From Podarcis erhardii (Eukaryota), in assembly GCA_964252035.1 (NCBI GenBank), contig OZ176205.1: 64,000 bases of DNA; one strand, written 5' to 3'. This document shows positions 1 through 13,251 of the stretch, in pieces (position 1 is the stretch's first letter; the number at the start of each line of letters is the position of its first letter). A program made the position numbers and the translations under genes. Below the pieces are notes generated by a model. It saw nothing but the letters and a program-made list of their open reading frames with translations, made no database searches and was not told the DNA's origin.

Positions 1-459
1 GTGTCCAGATGGCCTTCTGGGCTATCTGAGTTCTATGGTTTTGTGAGAATGTTTAACTGGGGAAAGTGACAGAACCAGAAGAGACTGGTACCCTTGCATA
101 GAGCCTAAGCCCATTAAAATCTGCCTGGTCAAATATTATAATTAAATTAAAAAATATTATGTTTTCCCATTAAATACCCCGGTGACATCATTTTCACCAA
201 TTCACCTTATTAAAACAGTCATTTTGTGACATCTTGTACTCAACCCCCCGGTCCACTGAAATATCAATTATTTGTTTTTGCATTAAAAAATCTGTCATGA
301 CCGTAAGAGGACACACTATTTTGGCACTGCACTTAGCTACTTGACTTATGTCCATAAAAGGGGGTAGGGAATAAATATGTAATTAAACAAACAATCCTCC
401 AGGATTGGAATGGAAAACCTAATAATGATAGAATCCATGCCACAGAAGAAGGTGTATTA

Positions 460-719
460 CAATGGTACCTTGGGATGCAAGCGGGATCCATTCCAGAGCC
501 CTGTTCACATCCTGAAGCAAACGTAACAAGCAACGGCGCATCTGCGCATGCACAGGTCATGTTTTGCCGCTTCTGCGCATGCGCGTGACGTCATTTTGAG
601 CATCTGCGCATGCGTGAGCGGCAAAACCCGGAAGTAACACGCTCCGTTACTTCCGGATTGCCGTGGAGTGCAACTCAAACGCGCTCAACCTGAAGCACAT
701 TCAACCAGAGGTATGACTG
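460..719. mobile_element. Tc1/mariner-pogo (Tigger-like) MITE with CpG-rich interior
   Basis: Imperfect TIRs caatggtacct / gaggtatgactg, flanked by TA at 458-459 and 720-721; non-coding, 260 bp. Confidence 0.75.
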
Positions 720-1134
720 TATATGGTTAGCGCTAGCAGCTGGCAAACCACAGGAAGTAAAGCATACAACTGCTAAGGAAAATGGAAAAGTAAAGTGAGT
801 AAAACTGGAGGGGGGGGAGAAACCTGTCCAAATGCACATTATCTGTCCCTTGAAGCAAATGAAATGGAATCAATTTGAAAATTCCAGATGTTCTGCTTCT
901 TGTATCCGCAAGGAAAATTTTGATCCATATTCATCATTAAAATGTTAGGCTAAATACAGACAATTTACAACATTATACAGGTCTTAGGTCCAGGAATTGA
1001 GAAAAGTTATTTATTTGCTAAGTGCACAGCATGAAAGGCCATGTGGTCATTTGAGTCTTCCAATCTTGAACACAAAGCTATCATGTTGCAATTTAAGAAA
1101 CATTCACATTAAGTTCCATGGATTCATCATAGTA

Positions 1135-1376
1135 CAGTGGTACCTCGGGTTAAGAACAGCCCTGTTTACAAACTATTCGGTTTACAAACTCCGCAAAACC
1201 GGAAGTAATGTCCCGCGTTTGCAAACTTTACCTCGGTCTAAGAACAGAAGCGGAACGGTGGAAGGTCACCAATGGTGGGAGGCCTCATTACGGAAAGCGT
1301 GCCTCGGTTTAAGAACAGTTTTGGTTTAAGAACGGACTTCCAGAACAAATTACGTTCATAAACTGAGGTACCACTG
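1135..1376. mobile_element. Tigger-like MITE
   Basis: TIRs cagtggtacctc / gaggtaccactg with TA TSD at 1133-1134 and 1377-1378. Confidence 0.9.
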
Positions 1377-4300
1377 TATATTCTTCTTGTAATGAGCGTC
1401 CCAAAAAATGAGCAGATGAACATTCAAGCCCATTACAATCTTGGAAATTATTTTTTTATTGATTACAAAAAATAAGAAAAAATACTCTGATAGCTTTCAT
1501 AAAGGAGAAACTGGGTTATCTGGATCTCCAGCATGTCAACAAAATGACACTGAGGTGACAGGCAGATTAGAAATGTCTTCTCGTGTTGTTTTTAGCTAAC
1601 AGAAACTTTTTTTAAAAAAAAAAGTCAGGGCCAACAGGCTTCATGTTGGGCTATCATGAATTTATGTTTGTGAAGTCTGACAAGTCCTCTATTACAAAAA
1701 CATTTTCATGTCACATTCAACACATTGTGACTTTCTGTATAGTAAGAAAAACTGTTTCTCCTTTCAAAAAGAGTGCCTGAGTTAGAATATTTCCTTAGGT
1801 GATACTCAACCATTCAACAAAACATATACAAAACGGCTGCAGAATTATTCGCTAATGGGAGAAAACTCTGGCATTCTATGCTGCTTTATATGGAACTGTT
1901 CAACAGCAAAAGCAAAAACACAAAAAACCCTATAAAACCAATAGGCAGAACAGGATAATTTATGTTCCTGATGTATCTATTGACAATAATACTTACACCA
2001 TTTTAATGAATTTGCTGGTAAACTAATAGCTTCATTTCTGTTCTGCATTAACAGTATTACAGCATGTCAAATAAATCCTTGTAATGAAGTTTGATGAACA
2101 AAGATTTTGATGGCAGTGTACCATAATTATAAACATCAGCAGTATGGCTTTTTTGAATCATGAAAGGGAATGCACTTTGATGATGGCCTAGAAATTTCCT
2201 TGATTAAAATTACTGTTGACATTTCAGGCAATGGAAGTCTTCAAGTATGGCTCTGACCTTTACTCTTCAAAAATGCATCTTTTCATTAGTAAATTGCAGT
2301 ATCTTTAATCATCTAATATTAAGGACACCAAGAAACAGAAGACCATACAACTACAATTTTGATTTATATATGCAAATTTCAAGGAATCCGTTCTTCAATC
2401 CATTCTAAAAGTATTCATCCTCTAAAGAAAGGAACAACAAAAGCATCCCAATGGACAACCGCCTTTCATATGGAAAGAATCAAAAAGCTGAAGAAATAAA
2501 ATATCAGTTGGAGCAGACATTATATTATCAAGACTATAAACCATGATTTACAGTCAGGTTTCTTCTTGATAGAAGGATCATAAATTCAAAACTCAAGTTG
2601 GATCAGGTGCAAGTCTCAATATAAATCGGAAATCACCAGTCACCACTTGTACAATGTTTCCACGCATGATATCAAACACACCATGACTAGTTCACAGAGG
2701 AAAAGCTTTGCATCTATCAACATGTTATCGTGAACCATAAGCATCTTTGTAGAAAAATATGACAGATAGCAAATCTAGAGCTCATGATGAGAACAGATGT
2801 GAAACTCTGCTGCTCAAAATCTGGAGACCAGTTCTTTTTCCTATAGGTAAAATTACACATTCTTGGGTCCACAATTTTTCATTTAATTCTTTTCTGTTCC
2901 TATAATTAGACAGCTGGGTGGAACAGTTTCTTCCAAAGCTTCAGAAAGCATGTGCTGCTAGCATTCTCTACCTATGATACACATAAAGGTTAGCTCACTT
3001 TTTTCTCCTTTATCTTTCTTGAATCTCCTTTTCCTCAGCACCAGAAATCCATCAGAGTTGCCAACAGCATGCTTTGCCTAAGTCAAAGTTCATTCTGAAG
3101 ATTCTGCTACGCTTTGCCACAGTAGTCAAAGGGGCAGTTGTTTCAAAGGCCTACAGCATACAAAGGAATAGTGTGGCATGGACTACATCCAAACATGACA
3201 GTGGCATCCAAGTAATCCATTTCTCCTGTAGTGCACATCCAGGTCACATTTGAGCTGAATTAATAGACAGTCATAAATGACATGGGATACAACCTGAATC
3301 TACTTCCAATAATACAATGAACTTTCCAAGGAAACTTGAGAGTAGAAGAGGAACAAGCAGGGTGTTAAACAGAATTGCCAAACGCCATACCAAGCTTTCT
3401 GTTCCTCTCTGCAACCCTCTGCCCTGCCCCATTGCCTCTAGTATGGCCTCTACTTTCTACTCCACTATTGCAATTATTTTCCTCCCCAGAACACTGAAAC
3501 TCAAAAATATGCAAATGCTATTTCCCCTCAGTTGTGTGATCCATGCCAATTAAAAACACACTAGCAAATTTATAAACCCAGGAGAGGAGAAAATCTGAAG
3601 GTCTCTATATATACATCGCTCCCCCCCCCCCTTCTGCTAGTATTATTTCACTTTGGGGTTGCTATTGCAAGAAAAACTAAAAACTAAAGGAAAACTAAAG
3701 CCATAAACAAATACAAAAAATGGTTTGCATAAGGCAAAATTATTAAATAAATGGAAAAATATTGATTCAACTCCAGCCCTTACCAAAATGTCAGCCTCAA
3801 ATATTTTCTCGGCTTTTGAGTCAAAGATAGTTCCAACCACAGAACCATTGCAAATAAAGTGGTGACATCATTCAGGGGCCACAGAGTCAGGCAAGGATTC
3901 ATTGCAGTTATGTGGACACACCAAATGTTTCCTTAGCTCATTTGTTCTCAAGACTGAACAATGTCATCATCCTTTAAGCTCTCTTAAAATATTGAAAGAC
4001 TGAAAATTTAAAGAAATGGGCTAGCTTTTTTAAAACTCCAAAAACTTTAAAAATATAAGTAAACTTTTATAAAGCTTAAACAATAGTCATACACTACTTA
4101 ACAATTCAGATCTGTGAAGGATCTATCACCGCGATTGTTACAAAAAATGAAGTGCATGAGCTGTTTATTATAAAATACCTTGCACAAAATTATTAATTCA
4201 GCATGTAGGAAGAAAAGAAACTTTTTAATACTCACTTTGTTTGCAGAATGCTATATAACTTTCTTGGTTATGGGCAAGAATATGGAAGTCGTTTGGTTTT

Positions 4301-4408
4301 ATTATAGAAAGGAAACAAAGGCTCCTATTTTTAAATAAATTCAGTAAAAACTATTAAGTAGTCGGCCACAAAATATTTTTGGGATTTTATGTGCACAATG
4401 CTTTCAAC

Positions 4409-4411
<3 letters not shown>

Positions 4412-4461
<50 letters not shown>

Positions 4462-4470
4462 TACACATAC
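4412..4470. repeat. Compound (CT)n(AC)n microsatellite
   Basis: Read directly from the sequence. Confidence 0.95.
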
Positions 4471-4685
4471 CCTAATACTAATAGGTCTGCTTTTCCCCAC
4501 TTGCCTTTAAATAAACACATTGTTCACTACATAATTTCCAACCACATCTCAGAAATGATTGGGGCTTTTTTGTACTAACAGCTTGATTTATCAAATGATG
4601 AAGTTGGGCCATTTAGAGTTCTTCTAGGCTCAGGGAAAGGAAGATTAAGGGGGATCTAGTTACGCTCAAAACAAAAAATAAATCC

Positions 4686-4872
4686 ATCTGTTCTTAACCT
4701 GAAACTGTTCTTAACCTGAGGTACCACTTTAGCTAATGGGGCCTTCCACTGCTGCTGCGCCGCCGCCACACAATTTCTGTTCTCATCCTGAAGCAAAGTT
4801 CTTAACCCAAGGTACTATTTCTGGGTTAGCGGAGTCTGTAACCTGAAGCGTCAGTAACCCGAGGTACCACTG
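4686..4872. mobile_element. Tigger-like MITE, left end truncated (same family as 22225, 48820, 57223)
   Basis: Shares ttcttaacctgaaactgttcttaacctga ... gcggagtctgtaacctgaagc with the other copies; right TIR gaggtaccactg followed by TA. Left boundary approximate. Confidence 0.85.
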
Positions 4873-5723
4873 TAATACAATGAATCCAGTAATTTACAAC
4901 TTCCCTTGCTCAGTGGAAAATAGAGTTGGATCCAGTGAACTGTGAGCAGTTTCCCACATACACAACTGGGGTTTCTCCACACAGAATTTGTCAGTGCCCC
5001 CTTGAAAAGAGTGAGGGATATGGTGCAGTGGGCCAAAGGAAGTCAACAGTGGTCATCACCACAAGCAGAAATCCCTATCTACTCACAAAAGGCACCTCTG
5101 GATCAAACCTACACACTCCAGTATCCTACTAGCAAAAGCAGGGCTCATTGTCTTTGAACACATGCAGTGCCATCTCTTCAAAGGGGGATTATCATAATAG
5201 CCCACCCACCTACAACTGCTTGCAGTTAAATGGGTGTGAATTCCAGAATTGTTTAAGGATCGCCAATTCTCTTTTTAGAATTAAACACTAACAACTTCAT
5301 ACATAGCTTGCTGTACATTAAGAATATGCTAAGTGAGTATATACACATAGAGAGAGCTGTCCTCAGTCTTTACTGCTCAGGCATCATCTACAACTTGGTT
5401 GGTGCATGCACAGTTCCAACCCACATCTCTACATGTACTTTAATTATGGTTTGGCAGCCTGGTTCTTAGTTGCACAAAGGCTGGCTATTAAAGCATTAAT
5501 TTTCCTTTGGGAACTCAGGTCTCCAACTTCTGTTCTACAATGTAACTCACAACATGCCAAAAGGAGGTTTTTCTTAACCAGACCCATGACAATTGTGTGG
5601 TGCCACAAATGATGGGTTGTACACCTCACCCTGCACGAAGAATAAGAAGCCCCATCATTTGTAAAGTGCAACTGAATGAGGAAGAGCCACTAATACAAAT
5701 ATGAGCCAGGGAACCCATTCTAT

Positions 5724-5758
<35 letters not shown>
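5724..5758. repeat. (TAC)n microsatellite
   Basis: Read directly; it explains the poly-Thr in ORF 5701-5934. Confidence 0.95.
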
Positions 5759-6420
5759 TTATTACAACTATTGCTATTTCTATTGCTGTCCCACTGGCTT
5801 TGGTAACCTATGCCTTCTTCGCTTCTAAGAAGACATTATGGGTTTTCTTTTCTAAAGCAAACAGACACAATAATGTATTCTTCACACAGCAGAGGAAAAT
5901 ACTGTTTCACTTTTATACTGGTGCTGGTTTTTAAAGGCATAGATGGGAGATGGATGGCTATCTCCCTCTCTAATGCCTCTTACATAGGATACTCCACTGG
6001 CAAGTGAAGAGCTGTTGCTAGGCAACAATAGTATATCTGAAAGAACAATGGATCTGGAGTCCCATACATACAAAAAAGCTTCAACTGTTGCCTTCTCCCC
6101 TTATTTCCTTCCTGTCCTTTGCTCTTCTACTGTGATCCCAACACCTGGAACAAGGCCCGTATCTCTGGTAACAGAAAGTTTCTAATTATCCTAGCCTCAT
6201 CTTACCTGCTGTTCTGATGCCACCTGACACTCCCCTACCAATCTTCTTCAAAATTCACGACCTTTTCTCTAATTTCTGTCTCAATTATTAGACATAATGG
6301 CCTCTTCATACATTACAAAATTTCTGATACATTTACCAGATAAGAGAGAGATCTAAAAAATAAATAATTGATAGGATATTTATTGATGACAGCTCACTTA
6401 ACAGTGGCTAGGTTTAGGGG

Positions 6421-6817
6421 ATAAAGAAGGCTGATTGCCGAAGAATTGATGCTTCTGAATTATGGTGCTGGAGGAGACTCTTGAGAGTCCCATGGACTGC
6501 AAGAAGATCAAACCTATCCATTTTTAAAGAAACCAGCCCTGAGTGCTCACTGGAAAGACAGATCCTGAAGCTGAGATTCCAATACTTTGGCCACCTCATG
6601 AGAAGAGAAGACTCCCTGGAAAAGACTCTGATGTTGGGAAAGATAGAGGGCACAAGGAGAAGGGGACAGCAGAGGACAAGATGGTTGGACAGTGTTTTCA
6701 AAGCTACGAACATGAGTTTGACCAAACTCTGGGAGGTAGTGGAAGACAGGAGTGCCTGGCGTGCTCTGATCCATGGAGTCATGAAGAGTCGGACACGACT
6801 AAACGACTAAACAACAA
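6421..6817 (+). mobile_element. Bov-B (RTE clade) LINE, 3' terminal fragment
   Basis: Translation RVPWTARRSNLSI...LKLRFQYFGHLMRREDSLEKTLMLGKIEGTRRRGQQRTRWLD is the typical Bov-B/RTE C-terminus; ends in the gagtcggacacgactaaacgactaaacaacaa tail. Confidence 0.92.
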
Positions 6818-9800
6818 ACATGGATTATGATCAAGATGGGCAGGAGCCTAGTGACATGAGCCTTGGATACCTGACAGCAAATGCAAAGCAGGTAGGGGCT
6901 ATAGTTTTGTTGTCAGAACTAGCACCTTTTCAGTGCCTGCAAGAAAGCAAAATAGAAAAGCTTGTGCCATTTGTACACAGTTGTTCCTTTTCAAAGAAGA
7001 GCTGACTAATGGCAATGAGTGTAATGTGTTTTCTATTTGTGGTGCCAGCCTTGTTTGGCTTGCGCAAAACACAGCTCTTTCTCTGGTAAACAAATAAACT
7101 ATAAACCAGTGACCCAAAGAATCTTGGAAACTTTGCTGAAATCAAAGAGCTCCTCTCTTTGAGAACTGGAGTCTTTCAAAAGGTATTGCAGTCCAGATGC
7201 TGTATCATGGATATGCTGTTGTCATGCAGAGAGGTAATCTCTATTTTCTTGGCCATGCCTTATGTAAAAGGCTGAAGGAGAATGAATTAATTTGTTTCCT
7301 TTGTGTCCTTTTACCATCCCACCCTCAAGAGGTTCATGATGAAGCAGTATATGATTAAAAACACAAACAGAAAAGCTGTTCTTAAAGCTAAGAAAACAAA
7401 ATACCTGGCATTCGACTGAGCCAGAATAAAATGAAGTCCATTAAAGCGAAAGATAAGAAACACAGACAAAGCTGTCAGAGTGTTAAAATGACATTATTTG
7501 GAAGTTCTGGGGAGATGATGAAATAAGATGCTTGCTATAAGTTTTCTGATTAGGTGATCTATACAAACAAATAGAAGCAAAGGCTTCTAGCACTCTGTCT
7601 TCAGACAGAGGTCAACACACAGGCACTCATTTATTCAATTCAGCATTAACATCCCGCTTTTCCCTTCTGTGGAAAGCCCAAGCTGGCTGAAAACCACCAA
7701 CAATAACATAAAAAAGCAATACACACACACTGTGCACAAGTAGAATGAACTTTCATTCACACAATGGAACTTCACCTTTCTCTCCTTCCCCCCAGCAGCC
7801 CTTCAGCACCCTAAAAAATCTGCTCCAGAGAGCCTTTCCCCCTTTAAACTCCTCTGCACACAACCCAAATCTGCTTGTTGTGCTGACAAGCAACCACATT
7901 GGAATCCAACCTAAATTCACAATATTATATCATATCATCACCACACTATTGAAGTGGTAAGTATTTTATGATTTCAACAGAGAAAAATGAGGTAAGTCAA
8001 AAACAGCAGAAGATAAATACAGTAAATAAAAAAATAATTAAGAACTGAAAACAGAACAATATATAATTCAAAGGTACTTGTATTCTGAAAATGTGGGGAC
8101 TTGGTCAGTTCTCACTACTGGAAGCACCTGTTTCACTTTCATTTTATGATAGATTACAGCAGAAGTGCTAGAGAGGCTATTTTGTTTTCCTGCCTCCTTG
8201 TCTCTAGGAATGGCAGGCGAAGGCTACCAATTCACAATATGTGGATTTGTTTAGGAATTTTATAACTGAGCCTTCCACTGCATAGGGAACAGCCCAAAGC
8301 GAATATTGTTTGGGCAAAGTTATTGCTTTACACACCTTGCAATTAGGGAGGTCAGTAATTAGGTAAGGAGGATAATGTTACAGAGGGAGAAGGTGAAGGA
8401 TCTTTATGTGTGGAGTTGCCACTGGCTGTAGAACACAAATATTAAAGTGGCTTCTGGCCTGTACCCAGACAATCTGCACAAGCATTATGACCATGATCAA
8501 ATGCAGACATCTGGCAAGTCAAAGTTCAAGTCATAGCAACCCAAAAATCAAGCCATCCAGCTCAGGCTAAAAACAAAACAAAACACCCCTTCAAAGATGG
8601 ATGTCTAAGACTCTGGGATATATATGTCTCCTAGAAAGAAATCTGAAGTGTTTATGGTTTGTTTACAAAATAATGGTTTGTTCTGTTAAGCTGGAAAACT
8701 TGTTGATAACCCCAAAAAGTAAAACAGTAACAACTGTGCACTGTGGGAGAGGGAGTGCAGTAGAGATTGTGACAGTCTTTGCAAGAAGCCCACGTAGTGT
8801 GTCTTTGAAGACACATAAGAGGGCCAAAAAGCTTTATTTTTGCTTAATTTTGAGTACTAATACAGTGGTTGAAATATATTTTCTGTCTCAGAGATAAAGC
8901 AAAAGATATTACCCTGGCAATAGCTCGGCTGTGAAACCATTGCCAAATTAAAGAAAATGTTTTGCACAGCAGAATTAAATCCCACCCAACTTCATTTCTA
9001 AGAATTGGCTGGCACTGATGTTTGCTGTTCGAATATTAATTTGCAGAACAAATCCAGCCACCAAATACACTTCATTAGGGATGGTTGTAAATAAAGTCCT
9101 GATGTGATTGGTGCAGTGCAATGACATTCCTTGGGAAATACTAAATATAATTCTAAGGACTGCTTGGTTTGCTGCTGTATCCTGGCTTGCAGTCCACTAA
9201 TGAGAAAATATGAAATACAAGGACAGCCTGAACAGGCAGAAGGATGCAATGAGCCATCAACAGTAGCTGATAAAAGTGTTGGTTGTTTCACCCATTTAAG
9301 AAAAAGAAAGAACAGCCTGCACCTTTTTTACCTTCTGCATTTTTCCTAGGCCGGCACACTGCCAATCCCATAATAATGGTTTTCAAGAAATGCCCCTGAC
9401 AAACAAAGATTCTCCCTTTGCCAGATCACAGTATTTACAAGCAAGTCCAAATCTGTGAGAAAATTCAATTGAAGGCAGATGGCAGGAAATTCCTCCAAAA
9501 TGACAGTGGCCAAATGCAAACCACAAGACATGAAAATAACCCAACATACTAGACATGAAAAACATAGCTTATAGATTTTTTCCTCATGCAATTCGCAATC
9601 TGTGATTGATTACCGGGAAGACGGGCTGCAGATTTATTGGACTTCTGTAGAACAAGTATTCCATTTGCAACAATTAAACCATCCGTGGTTGAGAAACGGA
9701 TTAGAAGAGTGGAGAGGCGGTTCTGACACATAATGCATTGCTAGGAAGATGGCAAGTTCACTGCAGTGAAACAAGGCCAGGTATGCACAGACACATATGC

Positions 9801-10030
9801 CTTTTCCCACACTTACATATGTATTGCACAGCATGGGATCTGGTATGCAGTTGGGTTTCTTTCAAAACACACATGGGCACATCCACATTAAGCTTCTAGG
9901 GACATCCACATTAAGCTTCTGGCAAGTATCCAGTAATTCAGCGACATTAAAGATCACTGCATGGTGTGAATAAGTCTTTCCTTTTGCCTTTCCAGAAGAT
10001 TTCAGGATTCAGCTTTATAGGATGACCCCC

Positions 10031-10186
10031 AGCTTCTGACATTATGTTCCCCAAATCGCCATTTTCCTAAACTAACAAGCCCAAAATATTGTAACCTTTC
10101 ATCATAGGGTAGGCACCTCCATCCCCTTGATCATTTTGGTTGTCCTCTTTGGCATCTTTCCCCACCCCACAGTATCTTTTTTGAAA
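10031..10186 (-). mobile_element. CR1 LINE RT C-terminal fragment (degenerate)
   Basis: Minus-strand translation FKKDTVGWGKMPKRTTKMIKGMEV resembles the CR1 motif KKDI..LEKVQKRATKMIKGLE (recalled family motif); contains stops. Confidence 0.65.
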
Positions 10187-11151
10187 ACTGTTCACTATCT
10201 ATCAAAATAATAAATAATATAAAATTTCAATAAAGCATGGGTTTGCATATATGCATGCTCAACAAATAAGTTTAGTTCTCTTTGCCCAGCAAATGACTAG
10301 CCTTTCGGGTTGTGCTACTCTGTCTTCTGCTGAGATGGATATTGTTTCCAAAACACCAGTTCTGGAAAATCTAATCTGTTTTTAACTTTCATATCTGTGC
10401 AGGTTGGGGTCACTGAATTGGCTCATCCACCAGCTCGTCTTTTCATGTGCATGGCCACTGTAATAACTAAGGTACTTTATTTTACTTTAGACTGCTAATA
10501 AAAAGAACCTGTGTGAATGTTCAAGACAAATGTACATTCCTTTATCATTACTCATTGTGGCATCTTCTCTTTTGGCATCAAGCAAGCAGCTTTGTAGGAC
10601 AATTATTATTCCATCATTGGCAGTAAGGTACCAGTAAAAAAAAAATCCTTGCTTGTAATTCTACCCAGATCTTCCTTCATTCTGTCCAATGCTGCTCATT
10701 TCTATGTTTGGCTCTTGCATATATATATATATATTTTAAAGGCACGTGGCGGAGGGCAGTGAATGTGCAGAAGAGGAGGCTGACAAGTGCAGAGTTTGCT
10801 CCACAGAGGCTAGATTTGCCACCCCTCCCAGTTGTTGGGAGTCTGCTGCCCTGAGGCAACTGCCTCACCTCACCTCTGCGAATTTCCTGGAGGTTAAGGA
10901 TACCAACCCCAGGTTAACAACCTCCAGCAGCAAGCTCATTGTTACAACAAACATGGGTGGTTACTTCAGGTGTTGCAAAAGACAACACCCTCAGGTCTCT
11001 GGGAGAATTTAAAGAAGTGTTCTTCTCCAGGAGAAAAGCCATACTGCTGCTTTTCCTACATATCCCATGCAAATGAACAACGATTTAGCCCAACACAGGA
11101 GGACATCTTTTGCAGTGCACTTTGATACAGGATGGAATCAAGCTGGTGTTG

Positions 11152-13251
11152 TTGTTTTTTTTAAAATAATATTTATTAAGGTTTTAAAGGTTACAGATAA
11201 AACAGAAAAACACCAAATTAAACAAAAAACAAAACAATGTATCACATTAAAAAAAAGAATACCATACAAATAAAAAAAAGGAAAAAAAGATTAAGAAAAA
11301 AGGAAAAACAAAAGCAAGAAACACATCAAACCTTCACATAATATATCTTTCATTTGCTTGTTTCCTTGACCTCCTCCCACCTCCCTTTTTTGTATTCTAA
11401 TTCAGTTAGATATTTCAGCAAATCCTTTCCCTCTTTATTTTGTCCTTATAATCTATCTTAATGTACTATAATTTTACATTCTCTTCTTTCGCCAATTAAC
11501 AATCCTTTTTTTTTTTTAATCTTATTTCTCCTTAAAATTAATATATCTATTTGAACTTAAACTCTTAAAACATTTCCACTAGGGTCATAAAAATTTCATT
11601 CCACGATTTTTCTCTCCCTCATTAAATTTTTACAAAATTTCCAAATATAAACTTTAAATTCCCAATCTTCTTCCACCGTCTCCTCTCCCTGGTCTCGGCC
11701 TCTGCCGTCCCTTCTGTCAACTCCACACAGTCCATCAACCTGGAGATCTTATATCCGAGGCTCTTAACTCTTCTTCATGTCCCTTCTGCTGATCTTCTTC
11801 ATAATCTTTAGTGCTAAAAAGCAGATCTCGGGGGAGCTCCATCCCAACAATGCCTTTATTCCTTCTTAACAGGACAGCCAGATTTCCATAGTTAAAGCTA
11901 GGATCCATAAAGCATTCCAAATCTTGTTTCAAAATTCCTCCAAATCCAAAGGCCCCAAAAGCTCCAATCTCCTCCTGACCCAAATCCATATCCCAAAAGT
12001 CAATTGATCCCTGCATTGGGGAATCTCTCCAACTTTCCTTTTCCAGACCAGGCCAGGCTCCAGTCTTCAAGATCTGGCTTTTTCTAGTTTCAATCATAAA
12101 GGGCCTCAATTTGTGATCCTCAATTTGCATCTGTAAGGTTAAGGCTCCCCCTTGTATTACTTTAGGTTCAGCCACAGCAACTTTCTCCTTCTCCTTTTCA
12201 ACGATTTGTTCAGTCATAATAGATTCCTGTGCCGGATCCTTGACAACTTCTGTGTTGATGCCCACTTTTGATCCCAAGATGTCAATTTTAGTAGCCATAG
12301 CATCTATCTGTTTATGAAGCTTTTCCAACAAATAGTTTGTCTTATAAAATGCAGACACTAAATTTTCCCTAACTGACATTCTTGGGATGTTCAAGGTCAA
12401 ACTCTGGTTTCTCACAGTCCTTATCTTACAGCTGGATGCCTCCGCTCCGCTCTTGTAACAGTTTCAAAAACTCAGTCCTTTCCAACACAGTTCCAAAGGT
12501 GAAAAATAGTATCAATTTTCAGTTACTTTTTCTTCTTTTAAAACACAGAAGCGGACAATGGAAACAGTATCTTTCTCTTGTAGCTAGCTGTCAAATATGT
12601 ACTGTTCACCGTCAATTGACTTTTTCCTTTTTTTTCTTTTTGCAGCCCGTTCCCAGGTTCAGAGACATGGTAATTTAGTTTTCCACTCTCTCCTGCAGGC
12701 ACGCTTGGTCAAAATTTCCCCCCTCTTCCCCTGCTTCCAAGGGGAGTTTAATAGTTTCAATCAATGGAAGTTTGATCCATTACATGGATCTTTCCAAAAC
12801 CTTAGCTTACGAATACTGTGCTTCAGTCTATTTACAAAAAGGGGAGACGGACTTCCTGTTTTGAGCCTTCCCCGTTCGATGCCGAATTAAGGTATTTAGA
12901 AATCCAATTTTCCGTTCTACTCACGGGTTGTTATTTAAAATCCAATTGTCCACAGGAAAAAGTCAGCGCTCTCCGACAGCAGCAATGCGGCTTCACTCCG
13001 TGAAAGAAGCGGTTGATTCAAAGCACCGTGCCACTCACCCCACGTCGCTCTGGATTCCCGATACCGGGTCTCCCCATGAGTAGGGGGGCGCAAAAGGTGC
13101 CAGCTGAATCCCAAGTTCACAGGCTCTTCCGCCTGTGATTTTCAAGGGTCTCCGCCTTCGCCGTGGCGGTTCAGCCCCTGCTTTCCACGGAGCAAGTTCC
13201 TCCCGATCGGAGGAGCTCCGCCATTGCCGGAGGCGCTAACCTGGAAGTCTC
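11152..13251 (-). mobile_element. Full-length non-autonomous L1-derived (HAL1-like) retrotransposon, about 2.1 kb
   Basis: 18-bp TSD ggaatcaagctggtgttg (11134-11151 and 13252-13269). GC-rich 5' UTR starts agacttcc with a YY1-like CGCCAT core at 13219-13224. One long ORF; RDQGEETVEEDW remnant resembling the lizard L1 ORF2 C-terminus; T-rich 3' UTR, AATAAA and A-rich tail. No RT or endonuclease. Confidence 0.85.
11735..12379 (-). CDS. 214-aa ORF of the HAL1-like element (coiled-coil, ORF1-like N-terminus)
   Basis: ATG at 12379 (MSVRENL) aligns with the ATG of the second copy. Heptad-like LEKLHKQIDAMATKIDILGSKV; 61 of 100 aligned residues identical to ORF 18015-18347 by manual alignment. Confidence 0.7.
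   Translation of the reverse strand: MSVRENLVSAFYKTNYLLEKLHKQIDAMATKIDILGSKVGINTEVVKDPAQESIMTEQIVEKEKEKVAVAEPKVIQGGALTLQMQIEDHKLRPFMIETRKSQILKTGAWPGLEKESWRDSPMQGSIDFWDMDLGQEEIGAFGAFGFGGILKQDLECFMDPSFNYGNLAVLLRRNKGIVGMELPRDLLFSTKDYEEDQQKGHEEELRASDIRSPG

Noticed and set aside
9879-9920. Short direct repeats here and at 50867-50915 resembling CRISPR repeats
   Set aside because: Only two units each with 4-5-nt spacers and no cas genes; they are ordinary local duplications in a eukaryotic genome.
11622-11737. TGATG stop-start coupled second ORF in the HAL1-like element
   Set aside because: Only 37 codons, and the L1 ORF2-like similarity shifts frame halfway, which fits a decayed remnant.
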